IMG/VR virus record: IMGVR_UViG_3300046796_000499
Location: 1-61,005 of that record
DNA length: 61,005 nt
Reading direction: 5' to 3' (one strand)
Origin: a virus
Taxonomy: Duplodnaviria; Caudoviricetes
The translations under genes were made by a program, and so were the position numbers. Numbering within the stretch: the stretch's first letter is position 1; each line of letters opens with the position of its first letter. This document shows positions 1-8,772 of the stretch, one piece after another. The notes beneath the pieces were generated by a model. That model made no database searches and was not told the origin of the DNA. It saw nothing but the letters and a program-made list of their open reading frames with translations.

Positions 1-1
1 C

Positions 2-1018
2 CAGGGCCGCCCGCGCGATGATCGGGGCCACCTCCTTCACCTTGGTCACCACCTGGTGGAACCGGTCCACGATCTGATCCCAGTGCTCGAGGATGTACCC
101 GAACCCCTGCTCCGCTTTTTGGAACAGCGTGTCGATCCGGTTACCGAGGTCGCGCCCCACGTTGAGCAGGAACGTTTCAATCTCCACCCGGTGCCGGAGG
201 ATGTAGCCGTTGAAGCGCTCCAGGTTGCGCCCCATGATCTTCAAGATCGGGGAGAAAGCCGAGGCCTTCAAAGCGTCGAAAATGTCGGTGAGCGTGCTGG
301 TGACGCCCTTCCAAGACGAGCCGAACGCCTCGCCTCCCTTGGCGAACTTTTTCAGGCCCGCCGCGATCGCCGCGATGCGCTTCTCGGGGGCCATCACGTT
401 GAACGCCTCCGCGTCCTCCTTGATCGCGCCGGTGGCCTTCAACATGGAAAAGAGCTTCACGTGGGCGCCCGCCAGCCCTCGGGCCATCATGTTGATGTCT
501 CGGGAGGCCTGGGGGAAATCCTCGTTCAGGGCCGAGGCCGCCAGCACCGTGTCCTGGGTCAGGTCCAGGACCTTCTGCATCGAGAAGCCCGCCGATTCCA
601 CCGGGCCGACAATGCTATTGAAAATGTCGAACATCTCGGCCGAGGTCGCCGGACTCTTGATCGCCATGTCGCGGATCTGGGTGAAGGCCGCCGTGGCGCG
701 CTTGCCCGCCGTCTCCCAGTCGGTGTTCTCCACCGCCGCCAGCACGCTCTGCAGGCCGATCTTGTTGGCCTCGAGCTCGCTCGTGTAGGCCACCGCGCTC
801 TTGGTCAGGCCCACCACGGCGTTGGTGATGGCCCTCACCCCGATGTACGCCGCCCCGAACGCCACCGCCTGCCCGACCATATCCCGGAAGGCGCTGCGGG
901 TGGTTTTCAGGCCATCGCCCAGGCTCCGGACCTCGGCCGCCACCTTGCGCACCTCGCCATAGGCCCCCTTGGACTGCAGTAGCAGGGTGGCCCGGACGTC
1001 TAGGGTTGAAGCTGCCAT
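2..1018 (-). CDS. Tape measure protein, N-terminal part (runs off the window start)
   Basis: Missing from the ORF track because it has no stop in the window. Manual translation MAASTLDVRATLLLQSKGAYGEVRKV...AFTQIRDMAIKSPATSAEMFDIF... is Ala/Gly-rich and helical; it lies directly after the tail chaperone genes. Confidence 0.85.
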   Translation of the reverse strand, partial: MAASTLDVRATLLLQSKGAYGEVRKVAAEVRSLGDGLKTTRSAFRDMVGQAVAFGAAYIGVRAITNAVVGLTKSAVAYTSELEANKIGLQSVLAAVENTDWETAGKRATAAFTQIRDMAIKSPATSAEMFDIFNSIVGPVESAGFSMQKVLDLTQDTVLAASALNEDFPQASRDINMMARGLAGAHVKLFSMLKATGAIKEDAEAFNVMAPEKRIAAIAAGLKKFAKGGEAFGSSWKGVTSTLTDIFDALKASAFSPILKIMGRNLERFNGYILRHRVEIETFLLNVGRDLGNRIDTLFQKAEQGFGYILEHWDQIVDRFHQVVTKVKEVAPIIARAAL

Positions 1019-1035
1019 CGGCCCTGGAGTCTACC

Positions 1036-1320
1036 CTATGTCCTGTTTTGGAACGAGCTCGGGCGATTCGATTCGTTTTCCTCGTTCACCAGGTCCACCA
1101 GCGCCCGGAGGAACCGCTCGAGGTGGCTCTGGTCCAGGCCGAGCACCTCGGTGAGCGAGGCTCGGCCGTAGCGCGTGGCGTACGCGACCCGCTTCCAGAG
1201 CAGGCCCACCGCGTCGTCCAGATCGTGTTCCCGCCAGGCGAGCACCCAGGCCGCCCAATAGGCGACGCCCGACGGACAGAACCCGATCAGCCGACGGAAA
1301 TGGACCTCTGGAATTTTCCC
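1036..1320 (-). CDS. Tail assembly chaperone, frameshifted C-terminal extension (gpGT-like)
   Basis: The -1 frame is open from slippery site GGGAAAA (1320-1314) into the 1036..1245 ORF: GKIPEVHFRRLIGFCPSGVAYWAAWVLAWREHDL... Confidence 0.75.
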   Translation of the reverse strand, partial: GKIPEVHFRRLIGFCPSGVAYWAAWVLAWREHDLDDAVGLLWKRVAYATRYGRASLTEVLGLDQSHLERFLRALVDLVNEENESNRPSSFQNRT

Positions 1321-1802
1321 ACGGCAGCCCCGCTAGCGCTGCCGATGTGCTGGAACGCCATCAGGCAGATCTGCCGGCCTTGCATGCCGAACCCCTCCCA
1401 AAAGAAATCTTTCCGGTCACTCGGGATCGGCTTGCCGTTGATGGCGTACAGGGCCGCGCGCGCGAGCAGGTAGGGGACCTGGCCCGCATCGCTCACGCCG
1501 CTCAAGGCCTCGATCTCCTCGGTGGTGGAGAGGCTCCGCATCGTGATCTGGACGTCGAAGTATTCGCCCGTGGCCGGGTCGATGAAAAAATCCGGGCTGC
1601 AGGTCTGGCCGTCCAGCAGAAATGAGCGGGTCTTTCGCTGGATGATATCGCCGCCGGTGAGCGCCGCCACGCCGCGCCGGGTGAGCCGATCGAATACGCG
1701 GTCCGCCGCTGCGGGATCTCGGGGGCGCTCGGGCGCGGGAGGTACGGGAGGCGCTGGCGCGCTTTCTTCTTGGGGCTCGGGCGCCCCTTCGCTTTCAATC
1801 AT
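1287..1802 (-). CDS. Tail assembly chaperone (gpG-like)
   Basis: Lies between tail tube and tape measure; AAAGGAG RBS; ends with an in-frame G GGA AAA slippery heptamer. Confidence 0.8.
   Translation of the reverse strand: MIESEGAPEPQEESAPAPPVPPAPERPRDPAAADRVFDRLTRRGVAALTGGDIIQRKTRSFLLDGQTCSPDFFIDPATGEYFDVQITMRSLSTTEEIEALSGVSDAGQVPYLLARAALYAINGKPIPSDRKDFFWEGFGMQGRQICLMAFQHIGSASGAAVGKFQRSISVG
1314..1320 (-). promoter_or_regulatory. Programmed -1 ribosomal frameshift site G GGA AAA
   Basis: X XXY YYZ heptamer in the correct phase; the -1 frame is open into the downstream ORF. Confidence 0.8.
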
Positions 1803-1901
1803 CGTGACCTAATCTCCTTTGCAGATAGGTCACGGGGCGGGCCGGAGGTAGCCGCAAAGGTGCTCCCGCCCGGTGCCCCGTGGTTTGGGTGGGGTGGGCT
1901 T

Positions 1902-2336
1902 TCAGAGCACGCGCCGCATATCGGAGCACTTCCACTGGATGGTGCCCGATACGTAGGCGGCTCGACCGCTCACCTTGATCGGCAGAGCGCCGAAAAACAG
2001 GTCCTCGAAGGTCAGCCGCGCGCGCGTGCCGTCAGGGAAATTGAAGGTGGCCGTGGCGGTGAACTGGCCATCGGCGGAGCTGCGGCGCTGGGCCCGGTCT
2101 TGGACCTTTTGCGTAAAGGCCAGGTACTGGGAGCTCCGCATGTGGATCTCCATCTGGCCCGTCACCCCGTGGAAAATGTCGTCGTAATCGTCGCTCACCT
2201 TGCCGAGGTAGGCCTCCTGCAGGGTCTCGATATCGAGCTCCGCCTCGAACGAGACCACGTCCTCGAGGCCCTTCTGATCGCCATCGGGGGAGGTGAACCC
2301 CACCACCACCTCCTGGCCCTTGATTCGCTGCGCCAT
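1902..2336 (-). CDS. Contractile tail tube protein
   Basis: 144 aa, beta-rich, immediately after the sheath gene. Confidence 0.8.
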   Translation of the reverse strand: MAQRIKGQEVVVGFTSPDGDQKGLEDVVSFEAELDIETLQEAYLGKVSDDYDDIFHGVTGQMEIHMRSSQYLAFTQKVQDRAQRRSSADGQFTATATFNFPDGTRARLTFEDLFFGALPIKVSGRAAYVSGTIQWKCSDMRRVL

Positions 2337-2368
2337 TTATTCGCGTCTTTCTTTTGGGGGCCGGTGGC

Positions 2369-4570
2369 TCACGCCTCGCGCGAGATCACGGTGTTGGGGC
2401 CGATCTCGGTGCGGAATACGATCTCGTCCAGGGACGAAAGCGTCTTGACCTTGGTGTCGATGAAATACACGCCCGAGGCCAGCACCTCGTCGGTGTTGCC
2501 CGCGTTCTGATCGTCGTTGGTGACGTAGGCCGCGATCCGGCTCGTCTCGGGGCTCTGCTTGCTCCGCAGCCGGCTGAGGAACGAGTCCCACCGCCCCCGC
2601 AGCTTGTCGCGGGTCGACACCCGACTGAGCAGCTTGCAGAACGGCTTGCCCACGCTCACCGCCGTGTCTTGGATGAAATCGGCCATTTTGCGCCGGGCGA
2701 TGGTGGTCCGCCCGCTCTCGAGGGAGCTCGTCACCCCGGACTGGTACTCGGGGCCCGTGTCGAAATCGACCCGGGGCGCAATGATGCCCGCCGCTTTCCA
2801 GGCCTTGTAGGTGTCGATCGAGAGCGTCTCGCCGTCGGCCGCCACCTCGAAAAAATCCGCGATGAGGCCCGTGGCCTGGCCGGGGTTTTCCTCGGGCGGC
2901 AGCATCGCGCAAATGGTCGTGAGCGGCCCGTCTGGTCGCACCACGATGACGCCGTCCACCGTGAACCCGATGCCGCCCGCCACGCCGCGCTCGGCAATCT
3001 GGGGCACGCGCACCTTCCAGCCCTTGGTCGAGTAGAACACCCGGTCCGAGCGGTACAACGCCACGTTGATCAGGCTCTGGGCCACGAGCGTGCCGAGCAG
3101 GTCGCCGGTCACGAACTTGCGCGCGAGCAAGCCATTGGCCGTGGCCGTGATTACGTTGCTCCGGGCCGCGCGGATCACCGAATCAGTGCGCCGCGCGGAG
3201 AGCAGGTAGTTTGCCAGCCGCCCGGGGCCCGCCTCGTTCAGACTCGCGTTGAAGGCTGCCAGGTAGCGATTGTCCAGCTGCACCTCGGTCAACGCTGCGG
3301 TGAGCGCCAGGGCGTTGTTTACGTCCACCGCCGCGAAGCTCGGCAGGTCCGCCACCGTGTCCACCGCCGCCGCGATGGCTCCGGCGTGCGTGCCGTCATC
3401 GAGACCCGGCCGCACCCGTACCGTGATGGGGCTGGTGGTCCCCGCCGGGATGTCCAGGGTCTGCATCGTCACCCACTCGGCCCCCGGCGTCCCGCTCGCC
3501 CGCAGCCGCGTACCGGCCAGGATGCTCCCGCCCAGGTGGCTGCCCTTGGCCACGGTCGTGCCGATGGGGGAAAGCCCGAGCGCCGTCGCCATCGCGCCCG
3601 CCGCCACGCTGATGGTGGCCGCCAGAAGGCTGGTGGTGTTCAGGAGCCGCAGGCGCCCCGCCGCGCTCTCCGCCAGGCCGTTGACGGTCGTAATCGCCAC
3701 CGTGGCGTTGATGAACGTAATCACCTCGGTGAGCGTCACCGCGTCGATGTTGGCCGCGATGTTGCTCACCCCCGCCGTGGTGCCCACGGTGTGGCCGATC
3801 TTGGCGAGGGCTCCGGCGGTCACGTCGATGAGCTGGACGGAGCCGCCCGTGCCCTTGATGATCCCGCGCAGATCGATCTGGGCCGCGTTGATGACGGCCG
3901 AGGCAAAGCCGAGCGTGGCATTGATGCGCGCGAGCGCCGCCGCCTGGGTCACATCCCCGCCACCAAACACCACGTTGATCTGGGGCGCGCCGTCGATCTT
4001 GATGCCCACCGTATCGCCCGCCAGGATCGTGGCGAACGCCGCGCCGGCGCCCGCCCGGGTCGCCACCACGCCCGTGAGCGCTGCGGTGGCCCCGGTGCCC
4101 GTGTTGGTGGTGACACTCAGGGTCTGACCCACCGCGAGCTGGAAGGGGCCCGTGCCGCCCAGGATGCTCGGCAGGATCTCGAACGCCACCTCGCCCACCG
4201 AGGTGTCCACCCGCCCGATGAGCAGGCCTTGGGCCTGGAGCTTGAACCCCTTGAGGAACCCGTTTCCGTTCCAGCACTCGGTCAGGTGCTTGCGAGCGGA
4301 GGGGTTGTTTGCCACCACCCCGTCGTACGTGTAGCCGAACGAGCCGAACTTGGCCGCGTAGTCATCGGCCCCAAACACCTGCACCGCGCCCTTGGCCTCG
4401 GCATCGGTCGCGAACAGGCCATCCTCGAACTCCCCCACGAGCAGCACCACCCCGCTGCCGGCGCCCTGGACCGGGTCCTGGGGAGCGAGGTCGATGACGT
4501 TGACGGATTCGATCGTCTGGATTTCCTCCAGGGTCGGCGGACTGGTGAAGCGTCGAACGAATCCGGACAT
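2369..4570 (-). CDS. Tail sheath protein with inserted beta-rich domains
   Basis: 733 aa with sheath-like termini (VLLVGEFEDG; TIARRKMADFIQD...YFIDTKVKTLSSLDEIVFRTEIG); GAGGAG RBS. Confidence 0.85.
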   Translation of the reverse strand: MSGFVRRFTSPPTLEEIQTIESVNVIDLAPQDPVQGAGSGVVLLVGEFEDGLFATDAEAKGAVQVFGADDYAAKFGSFGYTYDGVVANNPSARKHLTECWNGNGFLKGFKLQAQGLLIGRVDTSVGEVAFEILPSILGGTGPFQLAVGQTLSVTTNTGTGATAALTGVVATRAGAGAAFATILAGDTVGIKIDGAPQINVVFGGGDVTQAAALARINATLGFASAVINAAQIDLRGIIKGTGGSVQLIDVTAGALAKIGHTVGTTAGVSNIAANIDAVTLTEVITFINATVAITTVNGLAESAAGRLRLLNTTSLLAATISVAAGAMATALGLSPIGTTVAKGSHLGGSILAGTRLRASGTPGAEWVTMQTLDIPAGTTSPITVRVRPGLDDGTHAGAIAAAVDTVADLPSFAAVDVNNALALTAALTEVQLDNRYLAAFNASLNEAGPGRLANYLLSARRTDSVIRAARSNVITATANGLLARKFVTGDLLGTLVAQSLINVALYRSDRVFYSTKGWKVRVPQIAERGVAGGIGFTVDGVIVVRPDGPLTTICAMLPPEENPGQATGLIADFFEVAADGETLSIDTYKAWKAAGIIAPRVDFDTGPEYQSGVTSSLESGRTTIARRKMADFIQDTAVSVGKPFCKLLSRVSTRDKLRGRWDSFLSRLRSKQSPETSRIAAYVTNDDQNAGNTDEVLASGVYFIDTKVKTLSSLDEIVFRTEIGPNTVISREA

Positions 4571-4615
4571 AGCGTAGTGGGCTCCTCGGTCTCGGTTGTA
4601 CCGCTTTGGAGCGTA

Positions 4616-5296
4616 TCACGCCGGGCCGGCCGACTCCAACACCACTGGCTCACCGTTCACCCAGAACCGGGGCTGCAGGCGCGCGCCGCGCCGGAGCTGC
4701 ACCACGTCCACGTCCGCCAGCACCATCACCGTGAGGCGCCGCGAGCGCGCCTGGACCGAGTCGCTCGAGTTCTGGCGCTGCCGGCTCATCTGGGTGAAGC
4801 GGATCGGCAAATCCCAGTAGTCTGTCGGCCCCTGCAATAGGATGCCCGCGCGCCCCTCGGTCGGGTTGAACAGCTCGCCCAGCGCCGCGCTGATCGCGCG
4901 CTGCTCCACCTGGTCGGTGCACCAAAAGTCACATTGGAACGTGATCGCCTGCTCGGCGGTTTTCCAGAGCACGGTCCCGGGGCAGTAGCGATCGAGCGTC
5001 TCCTCGAGCGCCGTAGGGGTCAGGCTGTGCGCGTCCTCCTGGACCACGGGAGCCGTGAGGCTACAGGTCGGATACTCCAGGCCCTCGAAATTCTCGGGCC
5101 AGCCGATGGCCACCCGCTTGAGCCGAAAGCGCTGCTCGGGAGTGCCCGCCACCCGGAACACCGCCGCCTCGAGGTACGCCTGCAGGGTGTGCGCGGCCGC
5201 GTCCTGGGGGTCGATCGCGTTCATCGCCGCCAGCGGCATCCGGTCGGGCCCCACCGTGGCGTAGAGCAGGGTACCGATCGGGGGTGGGTCGCTCAT
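4616..5296 (-). CDS. Probable tail terminator/completion protein
   Basis: Directly precedes the sheath gene; WPENFEGLEYPTCSL...ITFQCDFWC pattern resembles tail-completion proteins. Confidence 0.55.
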   Translation of the reverse strand: MSDPPPIGTLLYATVGPDRMPLAAMNAIDPQDAAAHTLQAYLEAAVFRVAGTPEQRFRLKRVAIGWPENFEGLEYPTCSLTAPVVQEDAHSLTPTALEETLDRYCPGTVLWKTAEQAITFQCDFWCTDQVEQRAISAALGELFNPTEGRAGILLQGPTDYWDLPIRFTQMSRQRQNSSDSVQARSRRLTVMVLADVDVVQLRRGARLQPRFWVNGEPVVLESAGPA

Positions 5297-5820
5297 GACC
5301 CGGTCAGCTTACCACGCTCCTGCCCCGCACGGTCCACGCCCCCCGCCGCCTGGATTTCCGTCGCCAGGCGCTCGGCAAACGCCGCGGTGTGCGGCGCGTC
5401 TTTCCACCACTTGCGCACTTCCAGGAGCACCTCGAGCCGGGTCTCCTGCTTGCGATTGCGGCTCGTCTCCTGGAACGCGAGCACTCGCGCGCCCTCGTCC
5501 CGCTCGGCCATGGGCTTGGGTGCGGTCTCCCACGGCTTGGGGTCCCGATAGCGTTTCATGTATTCGGCGCACACCTGACAGGTTTTAAACCCATCGCGCT
5601 GGGGCCTGCCACACCGGCACCGCCCCTCGGCATGGAGTCGCGCTCGGACCTTTTTCTTTTTCAGCCGCGCGTAGGCGCGCACCGAAACCCGCAGCGCCTC
5701 CTCCGCGCTCTCTGCCGTCACCACCACCCAGTCGGCATCCCCGGGGCCCTCGATCTCGGTGGCCTCGAGGGGAACTCCTTCTGCCGTGAACGTGACGAGC
5801 CAGTTCCGCGCTCGGGGCAT
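5293..5820 (-). CDS. Hypothetical protein with CxC...CxxC putative Zn finger
   Basis: GRCRCGRP...TCQVCAE; ATGA overlap with the downstream gene. Confidence 0.6.
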   Translation of the reverse strand: MPRARNWLVTFTAEGVPLEATEIEGPGDADWVVVTAESAEEALRVSVRAYARLKKKKVRARLHAEGRCRCGRPQRDGFKTCQVCAEYMKRYRDPKPWETAPKPMAERDEGARVLAFQETSRNRKQETRLEVLLEVRKWWKDAPHTAAFAERLATEIQAAGGVDRAGQERGKLTGS

Positions 5821-5829
5821 CGCCCCAAT

Positions 5830-6327
5830 TTACAACAATTCGAGCTCGTGAGAAATCTCGTCCGTCGTGATGGCCTGCATCCGGGCGATGCCGCGCGCGA
5901 AAAACCCCCGCGGCTCGATGCCTTCCTTTGCGATTTTCTTGGCGACGGCCCACGCGATCGCCTCGGCCTCGGCCTCGTCCACCCCGAATTTGCGCGTCGC
6001 CCAGACGATGAGCGGCGCCACCGGCGGGAAGTGTGGGCGCGTCCCGTACTCCATGAAGGGGAAATGGGGCGCGTCGTTGAACACCTGGGCGCCCTTGGGC
6101 AACGGGGCCCATTTGGTGCTCTGCCGGAGCTGACCGAAATTCACCGGCGGGTAGGGTTTGGAGGCGTCGATCTCCTCGGTCACGAACCCCACCCCCCGCA
6201 GCGCCGCCGAGCGCAGCCCTCGCACCACCGCGCCCTCCAGCTCCTTCGGCATATCCTCGAGCAGGTCCGCGAACTGGTCGAGCGTGAGCCGCCCGCCAAG
6301 TCCCCGGCGCCGGCGGGTGAGCGCCAC
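5830..6327 (-). CDS. HK97 gp10-like neck/tail completion protein
   Basis: PVNFGQLRQS...FMEYGTRPHFPP...GIEPRGFF motif. Confidence 0.8.
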   Translation of the reverse strand: MALTRRRRGLGGRLTLDQFADLLEDMPKELEGAVVRGLRSAALRGVGFVTEEIDASKPYPPVNFGQLRQSTKWAPLPKGAQVFNDAPHFPFMEYGTRPHFPPVAPLIVWATRKFGVDEAEAEAIAWAVAKKIAKEGIEPRGFFARGIARMQAITTDEISHELELL

Positions 6328-6330
6328 CGA

Positions 6331-6942
6331 TCAGTCCCCTTCGGACATCAGCGGGTTTCGCAGGCGCTCGGGGAACTGCTGCCGCTCACCGGTCGTGTCG
6401 CCCTGCCGGTCCCGATCGGGGTTGGCCTTGGTCAGCCGGACCTGCCACTCGAACTGGCCCGCCTTGCGGAACGGGGGCCCCACCACCGTGAACCGCCGCC
6501 GAGCCAGCTCCTGGCCGTCTCGGGCATCGTGGCGCACCTCGAGGAACGATTCCTCGCCCGGGCCGAGGCCTCCGGGCGCCACCAGGCTCTGGACCTGATC
6601 CTCGGTCAGCCTCGGGCTCAGTTGTCGTAGCGTGAACTGGCCGTCCTCGGTGCCGCCGCCCTCGGTGTGCTTGCGCTTGACGGGCCCGAGGTCGACCAAG
6701 GGCGTGGGCAGTAGCTCGAGCTCTCGCACGACCGCCAGCGTTCCGGCGCCCACTCGCCCCCCGCTCCAGCGCTGCAGCACCGAGAAAACCCGATAGGGAC
6801 GCAGCCCGAAATCTGTGAACAGCTGCCGCAGATCGTCGGCCACCGCGCCCAGGTCCTCCACGAGCGAGCGGCCCGGCGTAGGGTTGGGGTGCACGCCTGG
6901 ATCGAAAGGCGGCACCCCAGCGCGAGGATTTGCAGGCCCCAC
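6331..6942 (-). CDS. Putative head closure / head-tail joining protein
   Basis: Position in the neck module; 203 aa. Confidence 0.5.
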   Translation of the reverse strand: MGPANPRAGVPPFDPGVHPNPTPGRSLVEDLGAVADDLRQLFTDFGLRPYRVFSVLQRWSGGRVGAGTLAVVRELELLPTPLVDLGPVKRKHTEGGGTEDGQFTLRQLSPRLTEDQVQSLVAPGGLGPGEESFLEVRHDARDGQELARRRFTVVGPPFRKAGQFEWQVRLTKANPDRDRQGDTTGERQQFPERLRNPLMSEGD

Positions 6943-6946
6943 CCGA

Positions 6947-7360
6947 TCACCCCGTCACCGTGGCGTTGATGCCACCGGCTCCCATCGCCCCGTAGTACTC
7001 GCGCGGCGCGTAGGGGTTGACCACCACCATCAGATCACTGGCCAGCTGCTGGCGCCAGTAAACCAGATCGTTGCGCAGCATGGTCGGCTCGAGGGGGTTG
7101 ACCACGAGGTCCCCGAGCGAGGTCGCCTTGTAGCGGCTGCGGGCCTCGCTCATCTGCTTTTCGATGCTCTCGCACTCGCACAGATCCCGCCGCGCCGCGT
7201 CCTCGCCCTCGAGCGTCACCCGCCCGAACGAGTCGTCCACCAAAAACAGCGGCTGGCTCGCCGCGGGGTAACCGAGCTGGATCGCCTGGGCCAGGGAGGC
7301 AAAGCTCGGGTATCCGAGGTGGTGCCGGATCCGAGCCTTTTCCATTTCGGTGAACGCCAC
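6947..7360 (-). CDS. Putative head-tail adaptor
   Basis: MAFTEMEKARIRHHLGYP N-terminus; first gene of the neck module. Confidence 0.6.
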   Translation of the reverse strand: MAFTEMEKARIRHHLGYPSFASLAQAIQLGYPAASQPLFLVDDSFGRVTLEGEDAARRDLCECESIEKQMSEARSRYKATSLGDLVVNPLEPTMLRNDLVYWRQQLASDLMVVVNPYAPREYYGAMGAGGINATVTG

Positions 7361-7369
7361 GGATTCACT

Positions 7370-7510
7370 CTAGCAGGGTTTGCCGCCCTTGATCTTGCCG
7401 ACCGGGGCGGGCTTGCCCCCGCTCCCCTTGCTCGCCGTTTCCCCGCCCTTGATCTTGCTCGCCGTACCGGGCTTGGGCTTGGGCGCGTCGCCCTTTTTCA
7501 CCGTGGCCAT
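7370..7510 (-). CDS. 46-aa Lys/Gly/Pro-rich basic protein (below the ORF-track cutoff)
   Basis: MATVKKGDAPKPKPGTASKIKGGETASKGSGGKPAPVGKIKGGKPC*; TGATG overlap with the upstream gene. Confidence 0.65.
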   Translation of the reverse strand: MATVKKGDAPKPKPGTASKIKGGETASKGSGGKPAPVGKIKGGKPC

Positions 7511-8145
7511 CAGCCTGCCTCGCTCACTTGGTTACCGAGCTCGTCCAGCGACACCCCGAGCGAATGGATCGCCACGAGCTTGAACCCCTGTTTGCGGACG
7601 TGCTCCAGGTCGTGGGTCATCGGGGTGATGACGCTGCCCGCCGCGAGCTCCGTGGGGAACCCGTCGCGGGTGATGTAGCGCCCGCCCGAGGAGGTGACTT
7701 TCCAGCGCTCCATGGCCCCTCGGGCCTGCTCGCGCATTTTCTCCTCCCGCGCCTTGGTCGTGCGCTTGCCGAGCTCCTGCACCACGAGGTTTTTCAGGTG
7801 CGGGGCCAGGCCCGGATCGCTCGTCAGCCCCTCGAGCTGTTCGGTGGTCGCCGCGAAAATCTTCTGCGCCTGCTCCGGGGTCGCCTGCTTGGGGGGCTTG
7901 CCCGCCAGCGCTGCCTCCGCCAGGGCCGCCGCCTCCTCCGCGTTGGCCTCCTCGTCCGCACCGAGCTCCGCACCCGGGGGCTTTTCCGCCGCCGCCAGCT
8001 CCGCCTCCGCTGCCGCCCCGGCCGCCTCGAGCTCGGCGCGGCTCATCTTGCGCCGCCCCTTCACCCGCAGCTCGGTCGCGCGCGCGTAGAGCGCATCCTT
8101 GCTCGCCTCGTCCTCGGCCTCCTCGGGTGCGCTGCTCTGTGCCAT
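7510..8145 (-). CDS. Protein with Rho-N/HeH-like helical motif
   Basis: SKDALYARATELRVKGRRKMSRAELEAA; start moved to ATG 8145, which follows a TAAGCT box. Confidence 0.6.
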   Translation of the reverse strand: MAQSSAPEEAEDEASKDALYARATELRVKGRRKMSRAELEAAGAAAEAELAAAEKPPGAELGADEEANAEEAAALAEAALAGKPPKQATPEQAQKIFAATTEQLEGLTSDPGLAPHLKNLVVQELGKRTTKAREEKMREQARGAMERWKVTSSGGRYITRDGFPTELAAGSVITPMTHDLEHVRKQGFKLVAIHSLGVSLDELGNQVSEAG

Positions 8146-8182
8146 TGCGGGTGAGCTTACACCCGGACCCGAGGTTTGGAAA

Positions 8183-8686
8183 TCAGCGCAGCCCGCGGAG
8201 CTCGAGGTGGGCACGCACCTTCGGCGTGACTTCCGAGCTGCCCACGCAAATCCCCATCACCCCGCCATCGGCATGGATGAGGCCGAGCCGGTGCCCGAGC
8301 TCGTGGCGCGCCACATCCCCGAGGCGTGCGAAATCCCGATCGAGCAAGATCGCGGTGTGGGTCGTCAGCCCGACAATGCGCAGATCGTCGCCCGCCCGCT
8401 CGAGCTCCTCGGCGTTGCGCTCGGCCCCCTCTGCGAACTCCGGCGCGTCGCGCTGCACCGCCGCGATACAGCGCGGGGTCTGTGCGTCGCACGGCCCGAT
8501 GGTGACCCGCAGCTCCACCCAGTCCCCGAGCTCGCCGCGCCAGAAGTCCACCGCGTCCAGGATCTGCTCGGTCTGCTCCGGGCTCCAGTCCTCGGCCACG
8601 GTCAGATCATAGTGGACCGGGGTCGGCTGCTCGCTCACCCCGCCCCCGCACCCCAGGGCCAACAGGCCCACCCAAAACAGTTTCAT
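8183..8686 (-). CDS. Lipoprotein metzincin (matrixin-like) zinc metalloprotease
   Basis: Signal peptide and lipobox MKLFWVGLLALG-C; HELGHRLGLIH fits HExxHxxGxxH; followed by a Met-turn-like GVM. Confidence 0.75.
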   Translation of the reverse strand: MKLFWVGLLALGCGGGVSEQPTPVHYDLTVAEDWSPEQTEQILDAVDFWRGELGDWVELRVTIGPCDAQTPRCIAAVQRDAPEFAEGAERNAEELERAGDDLRIVGLTTHTAILLDRDFARLGDVARHELGHRLGLIHADGGVMGICVGSSEVTPKVRAHLELRGLR

Positions 8687-8702
8687 GCCCCCAGGAACGG
8701 CA

Positions 8703-8732
8703 AACGCCGGCAGCTCTAAAACTGCCGGCGTT
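8703..8732 (-). terminator. Hairpin after the major capsid gene
   Basis: Perfect 11-bp inverted repeat AACGCCGGCAG/CTGCCGGCGTT; only a short U tract. Confidence 0.5.
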
Positions 8733-8772
8733 CCCGAGGGAGGGAGTAGGGGCCCACCCGTTCCAAAAGGGC

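Noticed and set aside
2354-4840. Long plus-strand ORFs (828 aa here; also 18709..20361, 53931..55559 and others)
   Set aside because: Antisense shadows of real high-GC genes, with Arg/His/Gly-rich composition and no motifs.
8713-8723. Minus strand reads GTTTTAGAGCT, like the start of a type II-A CRISPR repeat
   Set aside because: Single 11-nt match within a hairpin; no second repeat or spacers.
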